Source: Gammaproteobacteria bacterium (GTDB taxonomy: Bacteria > Pseudomonadota > Gammaproteobacteria > GCA-001735895). From it: a stretch of DNA of 64,000 bases. The number at the start of each line of letters is the position of its first letter. Position 1 is the stretch's first letter. Below are positions 9,543-20,801 of the stretch, piece by piece. Location: contig JBNKUM010000008.1 of NCBI GenBank assembly GCA_050298595.1, positions 193,303 through 257,302 of the forward strand, read 5' to 3'. The notes below the pieces were generated by a model that saw only the letters and a program-made list of their open reading frames with translations, did no database searches and was not told where the DNA came from. The position numbers were made by a program, and so were the translations under genes.

Positions 9543-10760
9543 ATGGCTAAAAAACCAGTAGAAAAGATTGAATTCCTGTATGAAGGTACAGATAGAAACG
9601 GAAAAAAGCTAAAGGGCGATATATTTGCTTTAAATGAAGCTCTTGCAAAAGGCGAGTTACGTAAACAGGGAATCAATCCTTTACGCCTCAGAAAAAAACC
9701 GAAGCCTCTCTTTGGTGGCACTCATAAAATACAGCCTGCCGATATTGCAGTATTCAGCCGACAAATGGCCACGATGATGTCGTCAGGCGTACCCCTGGTT
9801 CAATCTTTTGAAATTATTGGCCATGGCCACGAAAATCAGGCCATGCAAAAAATGATCATGGATATTAAATCCAATATTGAAGGTGGTTCAAGCTTTGCCA
9901 ATTCACTAAAAAAATTCCCACTATATTTCGATCCGCTTTTTATCAATCTGGTGAATGCTGGAGAACAATCTGGGGCTTTGGAAACTATGCTTGACAAGCT
10001 AGCCATCTATAAGGAAAAAACAGAAGCGCTCAAGGCAAAAGTTAAGAAAGCGATGACTTATCCCATCTCAGTTTTAGTTGTAGCAGCAGTTGTTACTGCA
10101 ATATTACTAATTTTCGTTGTACCCCAATTTCAGAATGTTTTTTCAAATTTTGGCGCTGAATTACCTGCCATGACACTATTTGTAATAGCTTTATCTGAAT
10201 TTATGCAGTCCTATTGGTGGGTATTTTTAGGTATGATAGGCATTGCATTTTGGGCATATAAACAGATGCATGCACGCTCAGCTAATTTCCGCAAAAGTGT
10301 TGATAAAATCACTCTTAAAATCCCCATTCTTGGACAAATTGTTAACAAATCTGCAATAGCTCGCTTTGCAAGAACCTTAGAGACCATGTCTGCAGCAGGT
10401 GTCCCTTTAGTCGAAGCGATGGATTCCGTTGCTGGGGCCACTGGAAATATTGTCTACTTTGAGGCCTGTTTAAAAATCAAGGATGAGATATCTGCAGGCA
10501 CCCAGCTTCAAACTTCCATGAAATCATCTGGATTATTTCCAAATATGGTTATTCAAATGGTATCTATTGGTGAAGAAGCTGGATCACTAGATAATATGTT
10601 GGGTAAAGTTGCTGAGTTTTATGAAGCAGAGGTCGATAATTTAGTTGACAATTTAACTTCACTTATGGAACCTCTGATTATGTCAGTACTTGGTATCCTG
10701 ATAGGTGGCTTGATCATAGCGATGTACCTGCCTATTTTTCAACTCGGACAAGTTGTTTAG
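9543..10760 (+). CDS. pilC: Type IV pilus platform protein PilC
   Basis: T2SS F repeats (RQMATMMSSGVPL, AGEQSGAL, GEEAGSL, YLPIFQLG); follows pilB. Confidence 0.96.
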   Translation: MAKKPVEKIEFLYEGTDRNGKKLKGDIFALNEALAKGELRKQGINPLRLRKKPKPLFGGTHKIQPADIAVFSRQMATMMSSGVPLVQSFEIIGHGHENQAMQKMIMDIKSNIEGGSSFANSLKKFPLYFDPLFINLVNAGEQSGALETMLDKLAIYKEKTEALKAKVKKAMTYPISVLVVAAVVTAILLIFVVPQFQNVFSNFGAELPAMTLFVIALSEFMQSYWWVFLGMIGIAFWAYKQMHARSANFRKSVDKITLKIPILGQIVNKSAIARFARTLETMSAAGVPLVEAMDSVAGATGNIVYFEACLKIKDEISAGTQLQTSMKSSGLFPNMVIQMVSIGEEAGSLDNMLGKVAEFYEAEVDNLVDNLTSLMEPLIMSVLGILIGGLIIAMYLPIFQLGQVV

Positions 10761-10768
10761 TCAGACCA

Positions 10769-11644
10769 ATGGTTGTGTTTAACCAGACAATAGCTTTATT
10801 CGAACAAATACCAATAGTTTTTTGTATTTTCGTTTTTATAATAGGACTATTAGTCGGCAGCTTCCTAAACGTTGTTATCTACCGTCTACCCAAAATAATG
10901 CAACGCGAATGGCGTAGCGATTGCCTCGAATTCCTGGAGCAACCCGCTGAAGAGACACCCGAAACCTTCAACCTGATTCTTCCCCGTTCTCGCTGTGGTA
11001 ACTGTGGACATCAGATTACAGCATGGGAAAACATCCCTATTTTTAGTTACCTGTTTCTGGGCGGTAAGTGCTCTTCCTGTAAAACCCATATCTCTATTCA
11101 ATACCCTCTCATTGAATTATTCACTGGAATCATTAGTTTCCTCGTTGCATGGCATTTTGGCGTCACCCTGCAGACAGCTTTGGCTCTGATCCTCAGTTGG
11201 AGCCTGATTGCAGCCAGTGGTATTGATATAGGGCATAAGCTGTTACCTGATTCGATCACCTTGCCACTAATGTGGCTCGGTATTCTGCTTAGTTTCTTTA
11301 ACATATTTGTCGACCTGGAAACCAGTATTATCGGAGCGATGGCGGGCTATATGAGTCTATGGTCGGTTTATATCGTGTTTAAAGTCATCACTGGCAAAGA
11401 AGGCATGGGTCATGGTGACTTTAAGTTACTTGCTATGCTTGGAGCCTGGATGGGCTGGAAGATGTTATTCGTTATCATCCTGACCTCTTCTCTCGTAGGA
11501 GCAACAGTTGGTCTTACGATGATCGCTCTTAAGAAAACATCTCGTGCGACTCAAATCCCATTTGGACCTTATTTAGCCGCTGCAGGCTGGATTAGCCTGC
11601 TGCATGGAGAACAGCTAAACCGCTTTTATTTCTCTTTCCTCTAA
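10769..11644 (+). CDS. pilD: Prepilin peptidase/N-methyltransferase PilD
   Basis: GSFLNVVIYRLP, two CxxC motifs, GMGHGDFKL, IPFGPYL. Confidence 0.97.
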   Translation: MVVFNQTIALFEQIPIVFCIFVFIIGLLVGSFLNVVIYRLPKIMQREWRSDCLEFLEQPAEETPETFNLILPRSRCGNCGHQITAWENIPIFSYLFLGGKCSSCKTHISIQYPLIELFTGIISFLVAWHFGVTLQTALALILSWSLIAASGIDIGHKLLPDSITLPLMWLGILLSFFNIFVDLETSIIGAMAGYMSLWSVYIVFKVITGKEGMGHGDFKLLAMLGAWMGWKMLFVIILTSSLVGATVGLTMIALKKTSRATQIPFGPYLAAAGWISLLHGEQLNRFYFSFL

Positions 11645-11645
11645 T

Positions 11646-12251
11646 ATGCTTAAGGTTGGATTATGCGGTGGAATAGCGTCTGGTAAATCAACTATTAGCC
11701 GACTATTTGAGTCGCTCGGTGTAGCAGTTATCGATACTGACACCATCAGTCATCATTTGATGCAGCCTGGTCAGCTTGCTTACCAGAAAACTCTGGACAA
11801 TTATGGGCATCAGATTTTACTAACTGATGCATCGATAAATCGAAAATTATTACGAGAAATAGTTTTCAACGATGCCAAGCAGAAACTCTGGCTTGAGAAC
11901 ATGCTTCACCCTTTAATTCGGGAAGAAGCGTTAAGGTCAATGCAGATGGTGGTGAGTAGTCCCTACACGCTTATTGTAGTACCACTTATGTTTGAGTCTG
12001 GATTTGATTCTTTGGTAGATCACGTTATAGCAATCGACTGTCCAAGGGAGGTACAGATTTCCAGACTCATTAATCGTGATCGAATTAATACAACCCTTGC
12101 GAATAAAATACTCGATGCACAAATGGACAATGAACAAAGACTAAGCCGAGCAGATAGTGTCATTTTAAATAAGGATGATAGTGACCCCACAGAACGGGTA
12201 ACAGAACTCCACCATGAGCTAACTCAGCTAAGTAATAATTTTATAACCTGA
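11646..12251 (+). CDS. coaE: Dephospho-CoA kinase
   Basis: GGIASGKS P-loop, HPLIR; canonical position after pilD. Confidence 0.95.
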   Translation: MLKVGLCGGIASGKSTISRLFESLGVAVIDTDTISHHLMQPGQLAYQKTLDNYGHQILLTDASINRKLLREIVFNDAKQKLWLENMLHPLIREEALRSMQMVVSSPYTLIVVPLMFESGFDSLVDHVIAIDCPREVQISRLINRDRINTTLANKILDAQMDNEQRLSRADSVILNKDDSDPTERVTELHHELTQLSNNFIT

Positions 12252-12308
12252 AACTGATGATTTGACTGTAATCAGTTATAATCTGAAAAAAATTTAACTT
12301 TTATCCAC

Positions 12309-13085
12309 ATGCCTCAGAAAACCTATATTTTCGAACAACCTTTGAACGAAAGAATACGAATATTCCTTCGTATAGAGGCTTTGATACATAAGCTGGATTT
12401 TTTTAAGGATCAGGATACTGATGCAGCGAGTCACCAGGCTCTGTTATCTATCCTTGAAATCACCGCCCTGGTTGAACGTGGCGACATAAAACAGGAAATT
12501 TTGAAGGAGCTTGAGCGACAGCATAGAGCGCTCAAGCTACTTGCTAGCCACGATGGCGTGGATAAATCTCGACTGGAACTTACCTTAAGTAAGCTCAAGC
12601 ATGCATTGAACGGCATTCATAGTATGGATGGGAAATTGGGTGAACACCTGAAAAAAATCGACTTTCTACTAACAGTCAAACAGCGTGCTTCAATACCTGG
12701 CGGTAGCTGTGATTTTGATCTGCCACAATTACGCTACTGGTTAAATCTGGAACACAAGATACGCCTGAATGATATCGATCGCTGGGCCTCTCCTTATTAT
12801 AAAATCCACGAAGTATTGATATTAATCCTGAATATCATTCGTGATAGTGCACATGCAGAACCAATCTGTGCTAACAATGGTTTTTTTCAGGAGCCATTAG
12901 ATACATCACAACCCAATCAAATGCTGCGTATCGAGATGCCGATGGGCAGTGATATCTTTCCCGAAATCAGTGCAGGTAAACATCGCTATAGCATCAGGTT
13001 TTTACAGGCTCAAAAAACAGTTGACCAACTGCCTACTCAGTTTAAAGAAGATATTGAATTCACCTTATTCCGCTGTACGCTATAG
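12309..13085 (+). CDS. zapD: Cell division protein ZapD
   Basis: FEQPLNERIRIFLRIE, QRASIPGGSCDFDLP, PEISAGKHRYSIRF. Confidence 0.95.
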   Translation: MPQKTYIFEQPLNERIRIFLRIEALIHKLDFFKDQDTDAASHQALLSILEITALVERGDIKQEILKELERQHRALKLLASHDGVDKSRLELTLSKLKHALNGIHSMDGKLGEHLKKIDFLLTVKQRASIPGGSCDFDLPQLRYWLNLEHKIRLNDIDRWASPYYKIHEVLILILNIIRDSAHAEPICANNGFFQEPLDTSQPNQMLRIEMPMGSDIFPEISAGKHRYSIRFLQAQKTVDQLPTQFKEDIEFTLFRCTL

Positions 13086-13089
13086 GTTC

Positions 13090-13366
13090 AACCTGGAATC
13101 CGCATTGAAGTGTGCGCTTGAGGTAGTGTAGATCAAGGCGTGACGACGCGTAATAGAGGGATATTCCAGGACGTTACAAGGCTTCCGCGTCCTGCTCACG
13201 CCCCTTACCTATGTCCCTATAGGCAACGCGGAGATACGCCTCCTCAAACCTGCAATTCAGCTCGTAGCGGGACTCACCTGCTGGGTAAACATATAAATCA
13301 ACTGTAATGGTCTATGAAACAGCGGGGTACCCTCTGAAGTGAGCGGTCAACTGCGGAATCCAGGTT
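13090..13366. mobile_element. Non-autonomous MITE-like element with ~20-bp imperfect terminal inverted repeats
   Basis: Left end AACCTGGAATCCGCATTGA; right end TCAACTGCGGAATCCAGGTT (reverse complement AACCTGGATTCCGCAGTTGA). Internal ERIC-like CAAGGCG...CAACGCGG arms and no credible ORF. Confidence 0.65.
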
Positions 13367-14355
13367 TATGCACTCCAGAAATCACTGATACCGGCCACGC
13401 CAACTGCTCCCTGAAAACTAGCTACACAATAATCCTGGCGCTTGACTCCACCCAGGGCATAGATTGGCAAACTTGACCTGGTGGCTAATCGGTTGAAGCC
13501 ATACCAGCCTTTAGCTCTACGACCAGGATGACTAGTCGTTTCTCTCACCATCGAAAGCATGGCAAATTTACACTCGAAGCGTTCAGCCAGTTTTAGTTCC
13601 GTCAGATCGTGGCAGGATGCTGATAATACGATACTGTCATCATAGGGTCTGGCTATTAATGAGCTCAACAGGTTGGAGTTAAGATGACGATACCTGAAGG
13701 AGTCAAAGAGTTTGTGCTTCAAGCTTTTTAAATTGCTACGGTGAATAATAATATTGCTTTTATGAGGTTTAGATATTTGCGCCATCTGCTGGGCAATTTC
13801 GGCGTATTGTTTATCTTCCAGTTGAGGGGATCTAAATAACACCAGATCATAAGGGTGGCTATCCATCACCCGCTCAAATTGCTGTAAAAAAGAATCCTCA
13901 TGCTGCAGAGAAACATCTGGAGTAATCAAAAGCTGCGGAGGTAAATCCAGTGCTTTTAAAACAGGAATATCGGCTTCTGGAAACTCATAATTTTTTAGCT
14001 CAGAAATGGAGACCCACTGGCAATTCTGATTCTCTCGTCCATGTGCCTGACCCGAATAAGATTTAACCTGCCAGACATCCAGTAAAATCGATTTATCTGG
14101 GTAACGATGATGAACAGATTGAAACGGTTGAGCGGAATAGACCTCTATCCCAACCTCTTCAAATAATTCCCGCTTTAATGCATGGAAAGGCGACTCACCT
14201 TTTTCAACCTTACCGCCGGGAAACTCCCAAAGGTTCTCCAGATGCTGGCCGCTTTTACGCTGAGTTATAAATATTTTATCGACTTCATCAGGGTGCCTGA
14301 TGAGCGCAGCAACCACATGGATTAGATAATTTTCTTCAGGACCGGTATTCGGCAT
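13366..14355 (-). CDS. mutT: Nudix hydrolase (MutT-like) fused to a C-terminal thiamine-phosphate-synthase-like domain
   Basis: Nudix box WEFPGGKVEKGE....LKRELFEEVG; C-terminal SASCH, TTSHPG and PIYALGG; canonical secA-argJ-mutT order. Confidence 0.85.
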   Translation of the reverse strand: MPNTGPEENYLIHVVAALIRHPDEVDKIFITQRKSGQHLENLWEFPGGKVEKGESPFHALKRELFEEVGIEVYSAQPFQSVHHRYPDKSILLDVWQVKSYSGQAHGRENQNCQWVSISELKNYEFPEADIPVLKALDLPPQLLITPDVSLQHEDSFLQQFERVMDSHPYDLVLFRSPQLEDKQYAEIAQQMAQISKPHKSNIIIHRSNLKSLKHKLFDSFRYRHLNSNLLSSLIARPYDDSIVLSASCHDLTELKLAERFECKFAMLSMVRETTSHPGRRAKGWYGFNRLATRSSLPIYALGGVKRQDYCVASFQGAVGVAGISDFWSA

Positions 14356-15547
14356 TGATCTTGACGTATTCGAAGCTTAAATCGGTGGTCCAGATTTTAA
14401 CGGCCTCAGTACCCACATTTAAATCTACCCGAATCACTATATCCTGTTGAGACATTTCCTTTTGCCCTTTAGCCTCAGTATATTCTGGATCGGGCAATCC
14501 TCCTTTAATCAGACAGGTCTGGCCAATATACAGATCGACCTTATCGATGATTAAATTTTCGACCGGAGCTCGCCCTATGGCTGCCAGAATACGTCCCCAA
14601 TTAGCATCAGATGCAAATAGCGCTGTTTTAACCAGAGGTGAATGCGCAATGGTATAAGCGAGTTCACAAGCATCTTTGGTTGAAGCCGCAGAGTTAACTG
14701 CGATTTCGATGAATTTGGTTGCCCCTTCTCCATCGCGAATAATCGATTGAGCCAGTATTTTAAAAACATTGTTCAATGCTTCAACAAAAGCCTGCTGACC
14801 AGCATCAATTTTAATACCGCTAGCACCACTGGCAATCAACACACAGGCATCATTAGTTGATGTATCCCCGTCCACTGTGATCGCATTAAACGATTGATCA
14901 ACGGCCTTTTTGAGTAAATCGGGTAAGGTTCCAGAATCAATTTCAGCATCAGTAGCAACATAAGCCAGCATAGTAGCCATATCGGGCTTTATCATGCCTG
15001 ATCCTTTACAGATACCGCTGATCGTCACCGTCTTACCATCAAGAGTCACCTGACGGCTCACCGCTTTAGGCAAGGTGTCGGTAGTCATTATCCCTTTAGC
15101 AGCCTGTATCCAGTTATCCCGGTCCAGATTAGCCAGTAATTCGGGTATAGCAGCCTGGATCTTGTTCACGGCTAATTGCTGACCAATAACGCCAGTTGAA
15201 AAAGGTAAAACCTGATCAGTTTGTGAACCAGTCTGTTGTGCTACAGCTGCACAACTCTGTTCGGCGCTCGCTATACCCTGATCACCAGTGCCTGCATTTG
15301 CATTGCCTGAATTAATCACTAAATAGCGGATTTTTGAGCTGGATTGCATATGCTGCCTGGCCACTGTAACGGGTGCAGCACAGAATTTATTTGTGGTGAA
15401 AACAGCTGCAATATTGGCTGCTTGATCAATTTCAATAAGAACCAGATCATCCCGATCTGATTTTGCTTTGATACCACTATAACAACTTGCCAGCCGAACA
15501 CCCTCGACGGGTAAAATAGATTCAGGAACAGAGAGTCCTACTGCCAT
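14336..15547 (-). CDS. argJ: Bifunctional ornithine acetyltransferase/N-acetylglutamate synthase
   Basis: NSGNANAGTG, STGVIG, KGSGMIKPDMATML, DGDTSTND, DGEGATK, INAEYRS. Confidence 0.97.
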   Translation of the reverse strand: MAVGLSVPESILPVEGVRLASCYSGIKAKSDRDDLVLIEIDQAANIAAVFTTNKFCAAPVTVARQHMQSSSKIRYLVINSGNANAGTGDQGIASAEQSCAAVAQQTGSQTDQVLPFSTGVIGQQLAVNKIQAAIPELLANLDRDNWIQAAKGIMTTDTLPKAVSRQVTLDGKTVTISGICKGSGMIKPDMATMLAYVATDAEIDSGTLPDLLKKAVDQSFNAITVDGDTSTNDACVLIASGASGIKIDAGQQAFVEALNNVFKILAQSIIRDGEGATKFIEIAVNSAASTKDACELAYTIAHSPLVKTALFASDANWGRILAAIGRAPVENLIIDKVDLYIGQTCLIKGGLPDPEYTEAKGQKEMSQQDIVIRVDLNVGTEAVKIWTTDLSFEYVKINAEYRS

Positions 15548-15562
15548 TTTTTATACCTGCTA

Positions 15563-18259
15563 TTAGTTTAGTTTGCCATGGCATTGTTTAAATTTCTTAC
15601 CTGAGCCACACCAGCAGGGTTCATTTCGCCCCATCTTACGCTCCTGACGGACATAGGGCTGGTGATGCTCTTCCTGAACTGGAGAACTGGACAGGACATT
15701 CTCTGCTTCGTCGTGTTGCATACGTATTGAGTCATCTTCTTTTCGGCTCTGTTCAAGTGCCTCTACCTGCTCTTCACTCTGAACCTGGATACGAGTCAGG
15801 ATAGTAATAGCTTCAGCCTTGATACCGTCCAGCATATTAGAAAACATTTCGAAAGATTCACGTTTGAATTCCTGGATAGGATTCTTTTGGGCATATCCAC
15901 GCAAGCCAATACCCTGGCGTAAATAATCCATTGCAGCAAGATGCTCTTTCCAATGACGGTCGAGTACCATCAACATAATTTCTTTCTCATAACGGCGTGC
16001 GATATCCGCGCCAACCATTTCAACCTTGGCTTGATATGCCTGCTCAAAGTGTTCAATGATCTTATCCAGAATAAGTTCATCATGCAGATGATCATCTTCA
16101 TCGATCCATTGCTGAATGGGTAAGTCTTCTCCAAACTCATTGGCAAGTGATGCAGTCAATCCTTCAATATCCCACTGTTCATCAACACTATTTAGCGGAA
16201 CAAACATTCTAAAATGATTCCCCAGAACATCCTGACGCATTTCCAGGATTGCCTGCTCGATGCTATCAGCTTTCAGTAAATCGTCACGCTGTTGGTAGAT
16301 AACCTTACGCTGTTCATTGGCAACATCGTCATATTCCAGCAAATGCTTACGAATATCGAAGTTATGTGCTTCTACCTTACGTTGAGCATTTTCTATCGCC
16401 TTTGTAACCCAGGGGTGCTCAATAGCTTCACCTTTCTCCATGCCCAGTTTCTGCATCAATCCGGCTACTTTTTCAGAAGCGAAGATACGCATTAGAGTAT
16501 CTTCCATAGATAAATAAAACCGAGAAGAACCCGCATCGCCCTGTCGTCCTGCACGACCTCTTAGCTGATTATCAATTCGGCGAGACTCGTGCCTCTCGGT
16601 ACCGATGATATGTAAACCACCCGCATCCAGAACCTGTTGATGACGACTTTCCCACTCTGCATGAAAAGCTTCGCGCTTCTCTGTTTGATCTTCAGGAATA
16701 GCCTGCAAATGGACTTCATAGTTACCACCCAACACGATATCAGTGCCTCGGCCAGCCATATTAGTCGCAATAGTTACCGCACCCGGCAAGCCCGCGTCAG
16801 CGATGACTCCAGCTTCTCTCTCATGTTGTTTGGCGTTTAGTGTCTGATGCTTGATCTTTTCCTTGCTTAACAGGCCTGATAGATATTCTGAGATTTCGAC
16901 GGAGGTTGTACCAACCAGTACAGGCTGGCGTCGTTTAACACAATCTTGAATATCTTCGATAATGGCCTGATATTTTTCTTCTGCGGTCAGATATATTAAA
17001 TCACCGCGATCATCCCGAACCATGGGTTTATTGGTAGGTACTACAACTACCTCAAGACCATAAATCTGCTGGAATTCAAAGGCTTCTGTATCAGCCGTAC
17101 CGGTCATACCTGACAGCTTTTTATATAGTCTAAAATAATTCTGGAAGGTTATAGAAGCTATTGTCTGATTTTCATGCTGAATCCTGACACCTTCTTTAGC
17201 TTCTATCGCCTGATGTAAGCCCTCCGACCAGCGTCGTCCTGGCATAGTACGTCCTGTGAACTCATCAACGATGACTACCTGATCATCCTGTATGATATAG
17301 TCCACATCCTTCTGATAAATAGCATGTGCGCGCATCGCTGCGTTCATGTGGTGTACCAGAGGAATATTGCTTGCATCGTAAAGGCTTTCACCTTCATTTA
17401 ATAAGCCAGCCTGTACCAGCAGGTTCTCAGCACTTTCATGGCCATCCTCGGTTAGAAATACCTGTTTGCTTTTTTCGTCTACGGTATAGTCACCCGGCCC
17501 ATCTTCCTCTTCAACTTTCGTTAACTTAGGAATAAGCACGTTGATTTTGGTGTACAACTCAGAACTGTCACTAGCCTGGCCAGAGATAATTAAAGGGGTA
17601 CGAGCCTCATCAATAAGAATTGAATCGACTTCATCCACGATGGCGAAATTGAGTTTACGTTGCACCCGCTCTTCCAGTGAGAAGCTCAGGTTGTCATGCA
17701 TATAGTCAAAACCAAACTGGTTATTGGTACCATAAGTGATATCAGCTGCATATGCGGAGCGTTTCGCATCGTAATCCATGGTGCTTAATACGACACCTAC
17801 GCTTAAGCCGAGGAAGTTATACAACTTGCCCATCCACTTACTATCACGTTCTGCCAGATAATCATTAACAGTTACAACATGCACACCGTCGCCACTCAAA
17901 GCATTTAAATAAGCGGCAAGTGTCGCTACCAGAGTTTTACCTTCACCAGTACGCATCTCTGTAATTTGATTATTATTCAGAATCATGCCACCGATTAACT
18001 GGACATCATAATGACGCATTCCCAGTACACGCGAAGAAGCTTCCCGACAGACAGCAAAGGCTTCAACCAGAAGTTGATCAATAGTTTCGCCTTCCTGATA
18101 GCGTTGTTTGAACTCATCTGTTTTGCGGGCTAACTGCTCATCTGAAAGCGACTGAATCTCAGGCTCCAGTGCATTAATTGCAGAAACGGTTTGTCTGAAT
18201 GACTTGATGATTCGGTCATTTCGACTACCGAATATTTTTCTGAATACTTTTGACAACAT
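15563..18259 (-). CDS. secA: Preprotein translocase ATPase SecA
   Basis: [32 protein letters not shown] and C-terminal SEC-C motif [14 protein letters not shown]. Confidence 0.99.
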   Translation of the reverse strand: MLSKVFRKIFGSRNDRIIKSFRQTVSAINALEPEIQSLSDEQLARKTDEFKQRYQEGETIDQLLVEAFAVCREASSRVLGMRHYDVQLIGGMILNNNQITEMRTGEGKTLVATLAAYLNALSGDGVHVVTVNDYLAERDSKWMGKLYNFLGLSVGVVLSTMDYDAKRSAYAADITYGTNNQFGFDYMHDNLSFSLEERVQRKLNFAIVDEVDSILIDEARTPLIISGQASDSSELYTKINVLIPKLTKVEEEDGPGDYTVDEKSKQVFLTEDGHESAENLLVQAGLLNEGESLYDASNIPLVHHMNAAMRAHAIYQKDVDYIIQDDQVVIVDEFTGRTMPGRRWSEGLHQAIEAKEGVRIQHENQTIASITFQNYFRLYKKLSGMTGTADTEAFEFQQIYGLEVVVVPTNKPMVRDDRGDLIYLTAEEKYQAIIEDIQDCVKRRQPVLVGTTSVEISEYLSGLLSKEKIKHQTLNAKQHEREAGVIADAGLPGAVTIATNMAGRGTDIVLGGNYEVHLQAIPEDQTEKREAFHAEWESRHQQVLDAGGLHIIGTERHESRRIDNQLRGRAGRQGDAGSSRFYLSMEDTLMRIFASEKVAGLMQKLGMEKGEAIEHPWVTKAIENAQRKVEAHNFDIRKHLLEYDDVANEQRKVIYQQRDDLLKADSIEQAILEMRQDVLGNHFRMFVPLNSVDEQWDIEGLTASLANEFGEDLPIQQWIDEDDHLHDELILDKIIEHFEQAYQAKVEMVGADIARRYEKEIMLMVLDRHWKEHLAAMDYLRQGIGLRGYAQKNPIQEFKRESFEMFSNMLDGIKAEAITILTRIQVQSEEQVEALEQSRKEDDSIRMQHDEAENVLSSSPVQEEHHQPYVRQERKMGRNEPCWCGSGKKFKQCHGKLN

Positions 18260-18425
18260 GAGATTTAGATCGCGATTTGAATGAGTTATGAATTTGATGC
18301 TGAATTAGCGCTGACTTATAAATATAAGCGACAGATTATAATTCAAGGGGGATAAGACAGATATTGCAAAATACAATGGATTTAAAAAACCTCTCCTTAG
18401 TACAGAGTTTTTATCAAACTGCCTG

Positions 18426-19340
18426 TTATTTTCCAGCATTAATGAATTTCATAGGGTTAACCTGAACCCCATCTTTTAATACTTCAAAATGTACATGTGG
18501 GCCTGTTGAACGACCTGATGTACCAATTTCTGCGATTTGAAAACCCTTTTCAACTGTATCACCTACTGATACCAGCAACTTTGAGTTATGACCATAGCGA
18601 GTAGTGTAACCATTTCCATGATTGATATCGATAACATTGCCATAACCGTAGCGAGTACCCGCAAATGTAACCACCCCTTTTGCTACAGCGATTACAGAGC
18701 CACCCATCTGGCCAGCAAAATCAATCCCTTTATGCCTTTCTTTTTTTCCAGAAATTGGATGTGTACGCATACCAAAATAAGAGGAAAGCCACCCATTAGT
18801 GATTGGGCGTCCGCTAGGTTGAACCTCACTCATCAAGTTACGGTTCATAAGCAAATCTTCGAGCACCATAAGCTGATTTTCGCGATTATCCAGGCTTGCT
18901 GAAAGTTGATCTATGGCCCGATGTAATTCAGAGCTATCAACCGTTGTTTGAAACGCTGACTCAGGACCACCAATAGCTGGAGTTTGATCAAAATCAAACT
19001 CACCCTTATCGATCTTTGCCATATGGATTAATTTTTGACCCAGTGCATCCAGACGATTCACATGTGCCTGCATTAGACCAAGACGGGATGAAAGCACTTC
19101 GATACTGGCATCAGACTCTTGCTTAAGGGCTTCGAGGTCAGTTTTTTGTTTATGAATTGAAGTTTTCCATTCAGCCAGGTTCACTGCATTCTCAGGAACC
19201 TGCCCCAACCAGTAGCCAAAATACCCCACACCAGCAGTTATAGTTAGCAGAATAAAAATTAGAAACAGATAATGAAAAGGCTTACTTAAGCCTAAATTAA
19301 ACAAGGTGCCCTTATTAGAAGAGAGGAAGATTATATTCAT
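18426..19340 (-). CDS. M23 family peptidoglycan endopeptidase
   Basis: N-terminal TM plus coiled coil; HKGIDFAG, YGHN, STGPHVHFE. Confidence 0.92.
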   Translation of the reverse strand: MNIIFLSSNKGTLFNLGLSKPFHYLFLIFILLTITAGVGYFGYWLGQVPENAVNLAEWKTSIHKQKTDLEALKQESDASIEVLSSRLGLMQAHVNRLDALGQKLIHMAKIDKGEFDFDQTPAIGGPESAFQTTVDSSELHRAIDQLSASLDNRENQLMVLEDLLMNRNLMSEVQPSGRPITNGWLSSYFGMRTHPISGKKERHKGIDFAGQMGGSVIAVAKGVVTFAGTRYGYGNVIDINHGNGYTTRYGHNSKLLVSVGDTVEKGFQIAEIGTSGRSTGPHVHFEVLKDGVQVNPMKFINAGK

Positions 19341-19357
19341 CGACTCTTCAACTCCCG

Positions 19358-20269
19358 TTAAACCGCTTCAACTGGTTGAGCATAGGAAATTGGTGCTTTG
19401 CTATCATCTTCAAAAGTCACTTCTTCCCAGGCGGCCTGGTCTTCGAGTAATGCAAGTAGCAAACGATTATTAAGCTCATGGCCAGATTTATATCCGGAGA
19501 AAGCTCCAATTAAACTATGCCCTAGCAGGTATAAATCTCCGATTGAGTCAAGAATTTTATGTTTTACAAACTCATTGTCGTAACGCAAACCATCTTCGTT
19601 TAAAACACGGTAATCATCCAGAACGATTGCATTTTCCTGACTTCCGCCTAGAGCTAGGTTATTCTGGCGTAAATACTCAATATCTTTCTGAAAACCGAAG
19701 GTTCTTGCTCGACTGACTTCCTTTACAAAAGAGGTAGTTGAGAAATTCACTTCACAAATCTGTTTCTCAGCAGTAAATAAAGGGTGATCAAAATCGATCT
19801 CAAAACCAACCTTAAATCCATCAAAAGGTTCGAACTTAACCCATTTATCGCCATCTTCCACTTTGATAGTTTTCTTTATACGGATAAATCTTTTAGCCGC
19901 AGCCTGCTCTACAATACCTGCAGACTGAATTAGAAAGACAAAAGGTCCTGAGCTTCCATCCATAATTGGCACTTCATCAGCGCTTAGATCGATAAAGGCA
20001 TTATCGATGCCTAAACCAGCCATAGCGGAAAGAAGATGCTCAACTGTAGAGATGCGAACGCCGTCCTGACAAAGTGTTGTAGATAACTTGGTATCTCCAA
20101 CATTTTCTGGTCGAGCTAGAATTTCTACAGCCTCTTGCAGATCGACACGACGAAAACGAATACCAGAATTAACTGGAGCCGGACGTAAGGTAAGGTAAAC
20201 CTTTTTTCCGGTATGCAAGCCAACGCCCATAGCGCGGATCACATTTTTAAGTGTGCGTTGTCTGATCAA
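19358..20269 (-). CDS. lpxC: UDP-3-O-acyl-GlcNAc deacetylase (probable TTG start at 20269)
   Basis: [48 protein letters not shown]. Confidence 0.97.
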   Translation of the reverse strand: MIRQRTLKNVIRAMGVGLHTGKKVYLTLRPAPVNSGIRFRRVDLQEAVEILARPENVGDTKLSTTLCQDGVRISTVEHLLSAMAGLGIDNAFIDLSADEVPIMDGSSGPFVFLIQSAGIVEQAAAKRFIRIKKTIKVEDGDKWVKFEPFDGFKVGFEIDFDHPLFTAEKQICEVNFSTTSFVKEVSRARTFGFQKDIEYLRQNNLALGGSQENAIVLDDYRVLNEDGLRYDNEFVKHKILDSIGDLYLLGHSLIGAFSGYKSGHELNNRLLLALLEDQAAWEEVTFEDDSKAPISYAQPVEAV

Positions 20270-20417
20270 AACTAAATCCTGAAAATAATAGAAAAAAAAC
20301 CCAAGAATAAACAAGGTCTATTAATGAAGAAGTATGATGCATATATGCCGGTTTTTCAATTAAGCAATAGAATTTTTAAACATAACTTCATTAAAACAGG
20401 TAGTTTTATGACATTAG

Positions 20418-20801
20418 TCATCTATTTCGAATGATGCTCTTCTGAGCATCCAGCACATAAGCATGAATTGCATCCTCGGATTTTGGAGCGATTCGTATAA
20501 ACTCACAGTGACAAAGGTCTTTTTGCTTCGATACAATCTGGACGGTAACCGGAAAAATTATATCATCGCTCGGAATCTTTAAGGTACCTGACGCCTGATA
20601 GCCTTCAGGATAATTATAGCTGCGAAAACTACAACCGCTACCGCTGATATTGACCAGCATGTAGGAATCCCCGGCAATATTCAGAATTATTGGACGAGCA
20701 GAGTCCGGCCTAATCCTGAACGCATTGCGCAAATCATGATCTTCAGCAGGAATTTCTATATCAATTTTCTTTTTCTTTTTCTTTTTCCAAAACAAACTCA
20801 A
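20418..20801 (-). CDS. Stand-alone PilZ-domain (c-di-GMP-binding) protein; start probably TTG at 20795 or 20801, overlapping the end of motB
   Basis: RxxxR (RNAFR) and D/NxSxxG (NISGSG) motifs; a GGAG SD-like sequence lies inside the motB 3' end. Confidence 0.8.
   Translation of the reverse strand: MSLFWKKKKKKKIDIEIPAEDHDLRNAFRIRPDSARPIILNIAGDSYMLVNISGSGCSFRSYNYPEGYQASGTLKIPSDDIIFPVTVQIVSKQKDLCHCEFIRIAPKSEDAIHAYVLDAQKSIIRNR

Noticed and set aside
13366-14355. Nudix plus thiamine-phosphate-synthase-like fusion as a novelty
   Set aside because: This fusion downstream of secA-argJ is common in gamma- and betaproteobacteria.
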